Positions 40,335 to 50,515 of a stretch of DNA of 64,000 nucleotides are shown here, piece by piece. Below the pieces are notes generated by a model. It searched no databases. It was not told the DNA's origin and worked only from the letters and a program-made list of their open reading frames with translations. The DNA is from Candidatus Heimdallarchaeota archaeon (GTDB taxonomy: Archaea > Asgardarchaeota > Heimdallarchaeia > JABLTI01), in contig DXJV01000005.1 in assembly GCA_019056785.1 (NCBI GenBank), positions 20,716 through 84,715 of the forward strand. Reading direction: 5' to 3'. Numbering within the stretch: position 1 is the first letter of the stretch; every line of letters begins with the position of its first letter. Both the position numbers and the translations under genes were made by a program.

Positions 40335-41546
40335 ATGCCGTTAAAAATACGACAAGCAGTAAAAAGTGATTTCGAAAAAATTCATGAATTAACTGCTTAT
40401 TGTTATGGATTGGACCCTGCAGCTTATAGAGAGCGTTTTGCAAGAAAATGGCAGTTGACTTTTCAAGAAAATTATCTTGTTGAATTGGACAGGCATGTTG
40501 TAGCAAATGCGCGGTTAATTCCCTATGAGCAAAACATTCGCGGCGTCTGGAAGAAAATGGGCGGCGTTGGAATGGTCGTGAGCGAACCTTCCACCCGACG
40601 AAAGGGGCATGTTCGAAAATTAATGGTCTATCTTCTCGAAAAAATGGCTGCGGAAAATTATGCCATTTCTTGTCTTTATCCTTTCAAAGATACTTTTTAT
40701 TCCGCCTTTAATTATACAAATATTACCGCTAATCAATTTATCAAGTTTAACCCCAAATTTCTAAAACGCTGGGAAAACTTGCCAAAAGGTTACAGCCTTA
40801 AACGATTCTCGCATTCTGAAGGGTTTGTTTTTTTAAAAAGCCTCTATGAAAAGGCAATGGCAAAAATACATGGTGGTGTTAAACGAGGAGAAAATCAATG
40901 GGCAACGCAGAATTTTCCCAACTCCCTCTCTTATGTCGTTTGTTTTAATCCAAATGGTGTGGCCGAAGGTATTTTGCGGGCCATTCCTCAGGGTTTTTCT
41001 AAAGGATTTGATTGGGCAGAAACAGGTCAACTTGAAATCAAGGACTTCTTTTCTTTAACGCCAAAAGCAAAACAAGCATTGTTGCATTTTCTCTACCTCC
41101 ATACAGATCAAATTATTGAAGCACTTTTACCAATCAATCCACAAGAGTCAGAACTCTACCCTTGGTTACATGATTATTATCTTACCACTATTAAAACAAC
41201 CAATATTTGGCAAGCAAGAATTATAAATATTCAATTGTCTTTGGAAAATCTTCCGGTGCCATGCGAAGGGGAGACAATCATCCGGGTTAGAGATCCATTA
41301 CTCCCAGCTAATGATGCATCTTATCTTCTAGTATCAAAAAATCGAAAACTAACTGTCCAACAAACTGAAGGGCAGAAAGCCGACTTTGAGTTTTCGATTG
41401 AAGGACTGACAGCATTACTTTATGGAATTTTGAGCCCGGCAGAACTCGAGGCATTTGGTTGGTTGAAAATTCTAACCGTTCAAAAGACACCCCTCCTTAC
41501 TACTTGGTTTCCGAGAGTCTCCCCATTTATGAGTGAAGAATTCTAA
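40335..41546 (+). CDS. Eis-family GNAT acetyltransferase
   Basis: MGGVGMVVSEPSTRRKGH and LYPFKDTFY; C-terminal SCP2-like region. Start moved to ATG 40335. Confidence 0.88.
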   Translation: MPLKIRQAVKSDFEKIHELTAYCYGLDPAAYRERFARKWQLTFQENYLVELDRHVVANARLIPYEQNIRGVWKKMGGVGMVVSEPSTRRKGHVRKLMVYLLEKMAAENYAISCLYPFKDTFYSAFNYTNITANQFIKFNPKFLKRWENLPKGYSLKRFSHSEGFVFLKSLYEKAMAKIHGGVKRGENQWATQNFPNSLSYVVCFNPNGVAEGILRAIPQGFSKGFDWAETGQLEIKDFFSLTPKAKQALLHFLYLHTDQIIEALLPINPQESELYPWLHDYYLTTIKTTNIWQARIINIQLSLENLPVPCEGETIIRVRDPLLPANDASYLLVSKNRKLTVQQTEGQKADFEFSIEGLTALLYGILSPAELEAFGWLKILTVQKTPLLTTWFPRVSPFMSEEF

Positions 41547-41582
41547 GAAGCATGTATAGGGATAAAGTTTTTTCTGTTTTTT

Positions 41583-42740
41583 TTAATTGTTAGCGGAAAA
41601 AAGAAGAGCGTTTTGAAATCGTTCTTTAATCTGGCGGGCAGTGTAAGGGATGTTTTTGACATTCGCATTTTCTGGTTTTACAATGATTTGCAACAATCGA
41701 GGACCTTTTGGAAGCGTTCGTAACCCCCGGAGAATCTCTTCCGGAAGGTCCGCTTTCAGCGTGTTTTTTATGCCGTAAACACGAGCAAGAAATTCCAAAT
41801 CTACTTGTTTGTAGGCAATTGTCAGTTGATTCCCAGTCGAGCCACATGTCCCATTATCCATTAAGAGGATTGTTAAATTCTGGCATCTGTCACCGACCTG
41901 TGAAATTGTCCCGAGAATATTTGGGTTTGTCAAAAGGCTTGCATCACCATCAATAACGAAAACATCTTTCTCTGTACAAAGCGCTACCCCAAGACCAATG
42001 GCAGAAGCCATGCCGAAACTACCAAGCATATAGAAATTGCTGGGTTGATCAAGGATGTCAAAAAGCTCTTTGCTGGGAATGCCAATATTACTAATAACGA
42101 TTTTATCTTGAATTTCACCGGACAAGATTTCAATAGCTTGATATCTTGTCAAAGTTGGCTTTGAAAGGATCGCTTCTGTTAATCCAATGTTGAAATAAAT
42201 ACTCCTCTCTGGAAAAGGACTCTTGATTATTGGTTCTTCTTCCTTAAACTTGCTTTTTTCCCAGAATTCAGGCGAAATTAGGATCGCAGTTGGAAGGCTC
42301 TTTTCGTAGCAGGTCTTCAAAGCTTGTTCGATTTGCATAACATCCGTAGCTTTATGGATTTCTACAAATGGGATTTTTGCGGCCTTTAAAATTGCTGGTA
42401 AATACTTTCCCATAGGTATTTGAGCTTCGATGCCTTCTTTATATATCCCCCGCCAGGAAATAATGATCGGGATGGGAATATGATATACCATTGCCAGAGA
42501 AAGAAGAGCATTTAAGGAGTTGCCAATACCACCGCTTTGAATCATCAAAATACTTCGTTTTCCAGCCAGATGAATTCCCGTTGCAATCCCAATACCTTCT
42601 TCTTCCCGCGAGAGGGGAATGTGGGTAAATGATTCTGCCGCCAAATAAATTAACCGTTTTATCTTTGCGCAGGGAAGCGTTAAAGCGAAGTCGATATTAA
42701 AACTCTTGATAAGTTCAATGGTCTTTTTCTCCAAGTCCAT
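41583..42740 (-). CDS. comDE: Fused sulfopyruvate decarboxylase alpha/beta (ComDE-like, ThDP-dependent)
   Basis: TLPCAKI, SREEEGIGI, QSGGIGNSLN, SWRG, NFYMLGSFG and IDGDAS...DNG. Confidence 0.8.
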   Translation of the reverse strand: MDLEKKTIELIKSFNIDFALTLPCAKIKRLIYLAAESFTHIPLSREEEGIGIATGIHLAGKRSILMIQSGGIGNSLNALLSLAMVYHIPIPIIISWRGIYKEGIEAQIPMGKYLPAILKAAKIPFVEIHKATDVMQIEQALKTCYEKSLPTAILISPEFWEKSKFKEEEPIIKSPFPERSIYFNIGLTEAILSKPTLTRYQAIEILSGEIQDKIVISNIGIPSKELFDILDQPSNFYMLGSFGMASAIGLGVALCTEKDVFVIDGDASLLTNPNILGTISQVGDRCQNLTILLMDNGTCGSTGNQLTIAYKQVDLEFLARVYGIKNTLKADLPEEILRGLRTLPKGPRLLQIIVKPENANVKNIPYTARQIKERFQNALLFSANN

Positions 42741-42812
42741 ATTATCATCTCTTCGAAAGGGGTATTAGTCTTTTGTTGGCTGTAAGTAATATAAAAATAG
42801 GAATTGTTGGTT

Positions 42813-43934
42813 TTATAACTTTCCAGCTTTTTGTAATTCTTTGATTTCTTTAAATTTCTCAGGAAGGTATTCATCGACAACAAAGGTAAGGCTTTTTGAG
42901 GTCAATGATTGTTGTTCTGCCTTCTTTTTCAGTTTGATGAATTTCCTCAGCTCTTGCTGGAGATAGGGTGTTTGATAGCGGGGGTCTTTCAGCAATTGGA
43001 AGGTACGAGTAATGTCTCCTTTTGTGAAATGATCTGTTGGAAGATCATATTTCATTATATCACTTGCTGTGAGTCCCATCCAAATTGCATCTGGTGTTGT
43101 CAAACCAACAAGGTGGGCGGCAGCAGCGCTACCCGAAGCAATAACATTATAGATATGTACTCCCCAAGGGTCGCCATCTACAAAAACATAGACCGGTAAG
43201 TTTAATTCTTCATTTAGTCTTCTAATCAGCCTTCTTGTTCCTCTTGGTGCTTGTCCTGCGAGATGAATGAGAATAGCATTAAATTCTTCATCGGCATTTT
43301 CTTCGACTAGTCTTTGAAACATACCGCCTGACTCTATACAAATGACTTTGTCGGCAGAGGTTTTAACAAAGTCACTGCGAACAAGTGTGGGGCCAATTGT
43401 CTGTCCATCAGGATTGAAGGTGAGTGTAATCTCCCGTTTCGACCCAGTTTTCTTGTCGCGGAATGCAACTGTTAGGTCGCCAAAAATAGTGCTACGTGCA
43501 TCTGGGAAAATATTAAAGTCTTCACGTGCCATACCAATAATCGCTTCTAAATCGGTGATGATATTATCCGATTCAGACTGGTCCGAAAACATTTTTGCCA
43601 TTGCAGACTCAGAAGAGTAATATAAATCTCGGAGGGTGCTTGTTCGACCAGGTTCGAGTAAATCCCGCGCAGCAAAAGATGCAACAAATAATGTTTGAAG
43701 GAAAGGTTTCAAATGCCGGACATTGCCTGCATGGCGCTTAATTCGCTTCTCTCCAACAGTATATTGGCGCATTGTTTCGTCGTAATAAATATTGGAACTC
43801 GAGCGCATAGGCATCTCAAATTCAGGATATCTCTCATTCATCAATTGTTCGTAGACTTGTCTCCCAAGTGCAACCAATTTTTCGAATGCTTGTTGCTTTA
43901 TTATTTCAGCATGATCTTTTTTGGACCTTGACAT
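42813..43934 (-). CDS. top6A: DNA topoisomerase VI subunit A
   Basis: STLRDLYY (catalytic Tyr), DQSESD, CIES, VDGDPWG and KAEQQ. Confidence 0.96.
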   Translation of the reverse strand: MSRSKKDHAEIIKQQAFEKLVALGRQVYEQLMNERYPEFEMPMRSSSNIYYDETMRQYTVGEKRIKRHAGNVRHLKPFLQTLFVASFAARDLLEPGRTSTLRDLYYSSESAMAKMFSDQSESDNIITDLEAIIGMAREDFNIFPDARSTIFGDLTVAFRDKKTGSKREITLTFNPDGQTIGPTLVRSDFVKTSADKVICIESGGMFQRLVEENADEEFNAILIHLAGQAPRGTRRLIRRLNEELNLPVYVFVDGDPWGVHIYNVIASGSAAAAHLVGLTTPDAIWMGLTASDIMKYDLPTDHFTKGDITRTFQLLKDPRYQTPYLQQELRKFIKLKKKAEQQSLTSKSLTFVVDEYLPEKFKEIKELQKAGKL

Positions 43935-43958
43935 TATTTTTCACACTCTGCTTGACTT

Positions 43959-45476
43959 TTATTCTTCTCCTTCTTTTCTACCTCGGGCAATGAAATCAAC
44001 AGGTGGAACTTTTGTAGCGCCACTTAATTTTGTAGCAAATTGAGCAATATAGGGCATATATTTCTCAAAGATGCTTGTCCGTTTAGCAATACGTTCCTCT
44101 CGTTCGACACGGGAGAGATACACTCGAAGTTTGCGAGCGCAGACTTGCATTGCCAGTCGCATTTCCCGCTCAATTTCTGGCCGGTCAGAAATGGATTCTT
44201 TCCCGGCGGTTCGATAAGGTACTTTTGTGGAGGCAATATGAGTTATTATTGCTAATTTTGCATTTTCAGGTACTTTATACATACGCCAATTAAAAGAGCG
44301 AATTACTTTTGCAGCAACATCGGCATATTGGTCATATAATAAAGGAATGCGATTAGCATATCGAAAGAGTGTCGGCTCACTGGAAACTTCAATATTCGGT
44401 CCGCCGTAAGCCATAGCAATTTCAATGATAAAGGGGTGGCCTCCATAGGCTCGAGGTTTTCTTGTAATTGCCGTGACAAAGTCTGGTTGGAGCTCTTTTG
44501 TAATTCCCGCGATCAATACTTCTTCTCCGATTGGAGATAGGCATTTTGTCTCAGGTGCGAGGAAGTCTTCGTAATTGTTCATCCCTTGAACGAGTTTGAC
44601 AATTTCGTCATGTGTGAGTTTTCGCGGGTCCTTTTCGGGTTTCAGCTCTATACTTTTAAGAAATGCCAGAGCAGTTTTTTCTCCGACTCTCTGAAAATTG
44701 CTTTGAAGGAATTTCGCTAAGGAGCGTTGTTTTGCGATTCGTAAGAGTCTCAGCATTTTTTCTGTGTCAATACCATATGGGTGTGGTAACACCGCTTCTC
44801 CCAGTTTTGGGACTTCATCAATAACTTTGTTAAAACGATATAATATGCCATAGGCATCTATGAATGTGATTGTTGCATAGGGAGCAACTAGAGCGGTTGC
44901 TTTGATATAATCCAGTATTTTGTTATGTGCTCGTCGATAGTCCCCTTCGATGTTGACCTCAACTGCGACACCATGCCAGTTCTTTTTATTGGGGATCTGT
45001 TGGTGATAACGCACAATAGGTTCATTTCTTTGGATATCGATCATCAAATGATATTCATCAATAACTTTGCTTCCTCGGGTTGCACTTAAAACGCGTGTTG
45101 GTAAATTGGTGGTAATTTGGGAATAGAGGACTGTCATTGATGCTCCAAGGCCAAAATGACCTCTCGACTGTCTTTCAACATATTTCCCGCCGAAAAGGAG
45201 TTTTGCAAGGGCATTTGGTACTTTGTTCCCCGGAATACCAATACCATTATCTGAAATGAAAATTGTGTATACATCTTCTGACCGTTCTTTAATTGTGACA
45301 AAGATGTCAGGATTGATACCACCGATTTCGGCTCCATCGAATGAATTCTCAATTATTTCTCGAAAAGCAGTGTAAAGGCTTTTTGCCGGAGTGTCAAATC
45401 CTGCTAGCTCACGATTGCGGTAAAAGAAGTCCGCTGGTGAGAGTTGTCTAAATTCAACTTTACTCAATGATATCAC
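43959..45476 (-). CDS. top6B: DNA topoisomerase VI subunit B
   Basis: FFYRNRELAGF, REIIENSFD, DNGIG, QSRGHFGLG and RYANRIPLL. Confidence 0.96.
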   Translation of the reverse strand: MISLSKVEFRQLSPADFFYRNRELAGFDTPAKSLYTAFREIIENSFDGAEIGGINPDIFVTIKERSEDVYTIFISDNGIGIPGNKVPNALAKLLFGGKYVERQSRGHFGLGASMTVLYSQITTNLPTRVLSATRGSKVIDEYHLMIDIQRNEPIVRYHQQIPNKKNWHGVAVEVNIEGDYRRAHNKILDYIKATALVAPYATITFIDAYGILYRFNKVIDEVPKLGEAVLPHPYGIDTEKMLRLLRIAKQRSLAKFLQSNFQRVGEKTALAFLKSIELKPEKDPRKLTHDEIVKLVQGMNNYEDFLAPETKCLSPIGEEVLIAGITKELQPDFVTAITRKPRAYGGHPFIIEIAMAYGGPNIEVSSEPTLFRYANRIPLLYDQYADVAAKVIRSFNWRMYKVPENAKLAIITHIASTKVPYRTAGKESISDRPEIEREMRLAMQVCARKLRVYLSRVEREERIAKRTSIFEKYMPYIAQFATKLSGATKVPPVDFIARGRKEGEE

Positions 45477-45657
45477 TCAAGTCTTTGCGCTCTATTTTCT
45501 TATGCTCTTTATTACATTATAACTTTTTGCAATGTGTCAGTGAAAATTATCACTTCTCTCTTATTGCATTCATTATTGTTGTGTGAAATTCTTATGTGAA
45601 TTCTTTCAATTTGCAAGGAAAAAATACTTTTTAAGACAACATTCATACTCCTTTTTG

Positions 45658-46998
45658 ATGAAAATGAGTGAAGACGAGCATCATTTTGAAGAAGCTGATA
45701 GTGAGGAAGAAGAGATTTTAAATGCGCTTTCAGATGGGATTCAACCTTTTGTAGGCTCGGATGAACTTCCCGAGAACTATGAAGAGGAGAATGAGGGCCA
45801 AGAAGAGTTGGAAAGGGTTGAAAGCCTTGAAGAAGAAGGAGAAGAGCAGTTTGAAGAACAAGAGATGGAAGCAGAAGAACAGCCATTTGTGGAAAATCGC
45901 ATCCCCGGAGGCATACTCGAAGAAGTAGAACCGGAAAGCGAGCCTTTAGAAGTAAAATCCACTCGAGATAAGCAACAGCTTGAAAAAATAAAAAGAAGAA
46001 GGAAAGGAAACAGCTGTTAGCATTCAAACGATCCCCCTCCAAGAAAACAATACGAAATATTATTCTGGTCTTACTTTTTAGCTCACTTTTTAATTATCTG
46101 ATTATGGGCATTACAATGCATTTCTCGCCAAACACTATCAACAAGGCGGCAAATGGGATTTTACTTTTGCCGGGAAATTTCATTGCAGAAATGATGGAGC
46201 TTTGGCTGATTATCGTTGCAGGCTTTTTTTATTTTGTATCCTTTATTCCCCTATATCTCCAAAGCCTATCTGTTTCTCCATAAGCTGGTGAAATTGAAGC
46301 GATTTCAATATAGCGTTGTAACAACAGATGAACATCATTTGAGTTTTAAAGAAGCCTTGGGACGTTTTATGATTCCTTATCTCTTTAGTTTTGTTCTGGG
46401 TTATTGGTTTTCAACTTGGTTTTTCATTCCCGGCCTTAATATCCCACCACAGAATTATCATGCCGTAACCACACTGGTCTATTTTTTATTCTCCCTTATA
46501 CTTATGCCTGTTGTCATCTTCCTTATTTCACCTCTCTGGCTTCTGGATGATGCAGGAATAATTGCCATGAAAAAACGAAAGGAAGGAGAACGAAGTATTC
46601 CAGATATCGAAGGCCCTTCAGTCTTTTTCGTCAATATTTATACAGGGTCAGCCTACACTTTAGCACTTGTTACTATTGGCGACTTTTTCATAACCGTTTT
46701 TAGTGCCGGCTTCCAGATTGATATTTTCTTATCTTTTCTCTTTATCATATTTATTTTAATGCCAAATACCATTTTACTTATTGTCTATATGTACGACTTG
46801 TTCTTTAAGAAGGCAAAAAGAAAGCTTTTGAAAATCGTTCCAACGAAGCTTGTCGATAAAATGCCAAAGACAGTTGTAGATATAACCGCTTTTGACCCCT
46901 TCTTTATCCCAGAAGGATTAGAATTGGTAGGGCAAGAAGAGACGTTGGACACTCTAAAAGAGCCGCCGGACTTTGACATCGAGACCGAAGAAACGTAA
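45658..46998 (+). pseudogene. Membrane protein with acidic N-terminus, interrupted by two compensating frameshifts (real or assembly error)
   Basis: The ORFs 45583-46020 and 46216-46998 are in the same frame. An open -1 frame (45984-46283: KKKERKQLLAFKRSPSKKTIRNIILVLLF...) bridges them, switching at A5 (45990-45994) and T7 (46224-46230). Confidence 0.65.
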
Positions 46999-48246
46999 TT
47001 TGTTGAAGAATTTTTCTTCAACAATATCCTCCTTGATATTCCGCACAAAATTGATGTTCAGATCATTAAAGTAAGTGATAAATCCACAACCGGTTTTAAA
47101 GTAGGGATGATTCATTGGTAAAATATTGATGTCTTTCACTTCATTACAAATTTCTGGTGGGAGGTTTGTTTTGCCGAGATTTGTTAAAAATGCCGAGAAC
47201 AGTTCTTCCCCCATTTTCCGGTAAAGCGGTTTCACCAAGAGCAGTTTTAAAAAGCTCGGAAGGGCATTTACGAATGGATTCACTTCAATGGCAACATAGT
47301 AAGATATCTGCTGGAGAATGTATTTCTTATTCAAATAGCGCTTTTTGTAATAATGTACGCGCTCAACAATTTCTTCAAAAGAATATCTTCCCTTCCGCGG
47401 GTCAATTCCCGGGGCAATAAAAGTAATGAAATTTCTCATGGTTTTTGAGGGGATGATCCTACGGGTATCAATTGGTAACATAACATTAATGTGTCTTTTC
47501 CGTCTTCGTCTTACTCTTTCAGGCAATTCAAACATAATCTCTTGAAGTACATCAATATAAATGGCTGTGAGAAATTCGGTTAACGTACAGTTCCATTTCT
47601 TAGCAATTGCTAGTATATCATTCACATTCACTTTCCCTGATGTGACATATGCAACACCTTTATTTTCTCGTTTAAAAGGTAAATGAAAGGCGCGATGGAT
47701 TTTCGGGATCTTTGGGATGCCAACCTTGAAGTTTTTTCGATAGGCATATTCTGTTTCCTCGAGTGGGACAGGTTCTCCCGGGAGAAAAACATCCCCCCAA
47801 TTATCAATAGTGAACCCTTTCAAAGAAAGATATTGCGTAATTAGTGTTCGTAAGAATTGTAGCGCACCATTACCATCAGTTAGACCATGAAAGAATTCAA
47901 TCACAATTTGATTCTGATTGGCGATAATTCGGTAGGGAAAAGTGTTTTTATTTCTTATTGGGATGAATTGGCAAGGATATTTCTTTTCTTTTTCAACTCG
48001 AGGAGGGTACAAGGCTTTTTTCCAACGATGCCAAAAAAGTCCTCTTGTCAGTTGGACTTGGAAATAAGGGAAGCGAGTAAACGTTGTATTTAGGGCTTTT
48101 TGAAGTATATCAACATCGACGAGTTCCTTCATTTCTGCCCAGAAACGATAGACACAAGGAATTTTACGTGAAGATGAATAAGTAAATAGTTTGCCGGCCG
48201 AATCCAGACGACATTTTTTCTTTTCCTTCTCTGTATTCATCGGCAT
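46954..48246 (-). CDS. CoA-dependent acyltransferase (alcohol acetyltransferase / condensation-like)
   Basis: RLDSAGKLF, FHGLTDGNG (HxxxDG), PIDTRRIIPSKTMRNF and LTNLG. Confidence 0.85.
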   Translation of the reverse strand: MPMNTEKEKKKCRLDSAGKLFTYSSSRKIPCVYRFWAEMKELVDVDILQKALNTTFTRFPYFQVQLTRGLFWHRWKKALYPPRVEKEKKYPCQFIPIRNKNTFPYRIIANQNQIVIEFFHGLTDGNGALQFLRTLITQYLSLKGFTIDNWGDVFLPGEPVPLEETEYAYRKNFKVGIPKIPKIHRAFHLPFKRENKGVAYVTSGKVNVNDILAIAKKWNCTLTEFLTAIYIDVLQEIMFELPERVRRRRKRHINVMLPIDTRRIIPSKTMRNFITFIAPGIDPRKGRYSFEEIVERVHYYKKRYLNKKYILQQISYYVAIEVNPFVNALPSFLKLLLVKPLYRKMGEELFSAFLTNLGKTNLPPEICNEVKDINILPMNHPYFKTGCGFITYFNDLNINFVRNIKEDIVEEKFFNKLRFFGLDVKVRRLF

Positions 48247-48398
48247 ACAATAAATTTCCTGAAACAATTTTCTTTCCTTGTGCACTTCGTTAGACTTCCA
48301 TATCAAATAAACTTTTTATTTGAGTTGTTAAAGGGAAAATTAGCATTTAACAGTTTGCAAAAGTAAAGAATAGTTGAATACTTCAATGAAATTTTAGT

Positions 48399-48896
48399 TC
48401 ATTTATCTGTTGCCATACAATTAAGGAGTTTTTGTACCCATCTTTTAATTCGCTTCTGAATTAACTCAAGTTCTTCTTGTAAAGGCTCTTTGAACCCTAT
48501 TTCTGAAATAATGTTATTACCTTTAAGCGCTTTTTTAAAGTGGTTGCTTATTCTCCCACGTTTGACTGTGAAGCAATAAAAAAGGGCTATCTTTTTATGC
48601 TCGATTTTTTCTTGCATTAGAAAAGTTCGTATTGCTGGGGCAAACGTTCCAGACCAAATGGGCGTCCCAATAATTATCAGGTCAAAATCCTTAAGTTTAA
48701 GTTGATAAGGCTGTAGTTTTGGCGTTGTTTTCATTAAAACTTGCTTTTCTCCAAGATAATATTTCATGTAGTCCTTTGATTTTGGTTCTGTTTCCAGCTT
48801 AAGCTCCAAAATTTCAGCTCCAAGTTCTTTTGCGATGAGATCCCCCACAAATTTAGCATTCTTTTCAAATGAATAATAAACAACTAATGACTTCAA
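48399..48896 (-). CDS. Flavodoxin-family protein
   Basis: LVVYYS and DLIIIGTPIWSGTFAPAIRTFL. Confidence 0.85.
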   Translation of the reverse strand: MKSLVVYYSFEKNAKFVGDLIAKELGAEILELKLETEPKSKDYMKYYLGEKQVLMKTTPKLQPYQLKLKDFDLIIIGTPIWSGTFAPAIRTFLMQEKIEHKKIALFYCFTVKRGRISNHFKKALKGNNIISEIGFKEPLQEELELIQKRIKRWVQKLLNCMATDK

Positions 48897-49059
48897 GGCT
48901 TTCCACTCTGTTACCTATTTCGTAATGAAGCATTTTAATTTTAAGCTTTATTAAATAAACTCCCTCTCTCTTCAAGTGCCTAGTTGGAGACTTTTCGCTT
49001 AAAGAGAATAATTCTACAGTTTTGAGGTAAATTATTAAAAGAATTTGCTTACCTAAATA

Positions 49060-50436
49060 ATGTATAAGTGGTTTGGAATGATGAAAAGCAATTACGACCT
49101 TGTTGTTATTGGTGCTGGAACAGCCGGAACACTTGCGGCTTTTGCTGCCAAAGAAGAAGGCTTGGAGAATGTTTTACTGATTGATAGAAAATCGCGGGAA
49201 AACATTGGCCGGAAAATTTGTGGAGATGGTATTGGTACCAAGCATATGACCTTTCTCCAGGAACAGGGCTTTCCAATAAAAGAACAATCTGTCATTAAAA
49301 ATAAAATTGCCCTGGCAAAAATTGTCGCACCAAATTCAAAGGTTGTAAGTAGGATCCCTGTGTTGGGGCATTTAGTTATTCTTAATAGATATCAATTTGG
49401 GCAAACTTTACTCGAGCGTACATTGGCAGAGGGTGTGACTTTAATGGATAAAACCACTTTCTCAGACATTAAGAGAGAAAATGGAGAAGTAAAAATCGCC
49501 CTTACTAAAGCAGGCCATAAATCCGAAGTTATAACCACTCCACTGGTAATTGATGCTTCGGGGATAAATTCTAAAATCCGAGAAAATCCCCACTTTTTCG
49601 CGCCGGAAAATTCTTTGGCAGATGATGAACAATATTACTGCTATCGTGAAATTGCTAAGATCCCTTCCCTCCCCTTTAAATACCGGCAAACGGCTATTTT
49701 CGAGTTCAGCTTTGAAAGAACTAGGGGAGGTTATCTGTGGTTTTTCAGCCGGGGGAATGGCGAGCTTAATATGGGTTGTGGCATCCCAAAGAGTTGGATA
49801 AATCAAATAAATCCGAAAGAAGTGTTTCAGCGGTACATCGCCTCTCGTTTTAAAAAATATCAAACATTGGATGCGGGTGGGGGTTTTGTTCCTACAAGGC
49901 AACCCATTCCTTCTTTTGTGAAAGATAACATCATTCTCGTTGGTGATGCTGGAACACTTGTTAATCCAATACATGGGGGCGGATTAAGCCCCTCATTGAA
50001 TGGTGGTTTTCTTGCAGGTAAAATTGCCGCGCAAAAAATTACAGAAGAAGCGGTGACAGAAGCTGATTTATGGCCCTATAATATCAAAATCGTAGAGCGT
50101 TATTGTCAACGCTATGCTATTCTGGACCTTTACCGAATCCTCTTACAAAACATTCCTGATGAGGAACTTCTTCAGGCGTTAGAAAAAGGCTATTTCCCAT
50201 TAGGGAAGATTTTCTACGCACGAAAATATGAAAAGCTTTTAGCATTATCTAGAAAGCTGGGAGAACAATGGGCGCAACTCCCTGACCCGCGCTTTAATTT
50301 GCTTCCAGAATATCTCGAGTCAATCCATACCTTGACATCTAATTACCCGACTACCCCCACAGAACTTGATTCCTGGGCAACAAAGTATCGCTCGATTTAT
50401 CGGAGTTATCAGCAAAAAGTACAATTCACTCCCTGA
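49060..50436 (+). CDS. Geranylgeranyl reductase family FAD oxidoreductase
   Basis: GAGTAG, KICGDG, GGYLWFF and LVGDAG...NPIHGGG. Confidence 0.9.
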   Translation: MYKWFGMMKSNYDLVVIGAGTAGTLAAFAAKEEGLENVLLIDRKSRENIGRKICGDGIGTKHMTFLQEQGFPIKEQSVIKNKIALAKIVAPNSKVVSRIPVLGHLVILNRYQFGQTLLERTLAEGVTLMDKTTFSDIKRENGEVKIALTKAGHKSEVITTPLVIDASGINSKIRENPHFFAPENSLADDEQYYCYREIAKIPSLPFKYRQTAIFEFSFERTRGGYLWFFSRGNGELNMGCGIPKSWINQINPKEVFQRYIASRFKKYQTLDAGGGFVPTRQPIPSFVKDNIILVGDAGTLVNPIHGGGLSPSLNGGFLAGKIAAQKITEEAVTEADLWPYNIKIVERYCQRYAILDLYRILLQNIPDEELLQALEKGYFPLGKIFYARKYEKLLALSRKLGEQWAQLPDPRFNLLPEYLESIHTLTSNYPTTPTELDSWATKYRSIYRSYQQKVQFTP

Positions 50437-50515
50437 AAGGGAAAAAAATCCTATTGAAAGTTTTTTTAATAATAACTAAACCCTTAAGATAGCATTTATT
50501 CATGGAGCATCGTCC

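Noticed and set aside
45512-46042. 176-aa minus-strand ORF
   Set aside because: Leu/Phe/Ser-rich mirror of the GAA-rich acidic plus-strand coding region.
46018-46215. Pyl/Sec read-through of TAG 46018 joining the two in-frame ORFs
   Set aside because: Three further in-frame TGA stops follow, whereas the -1 frame is open and protein-like.
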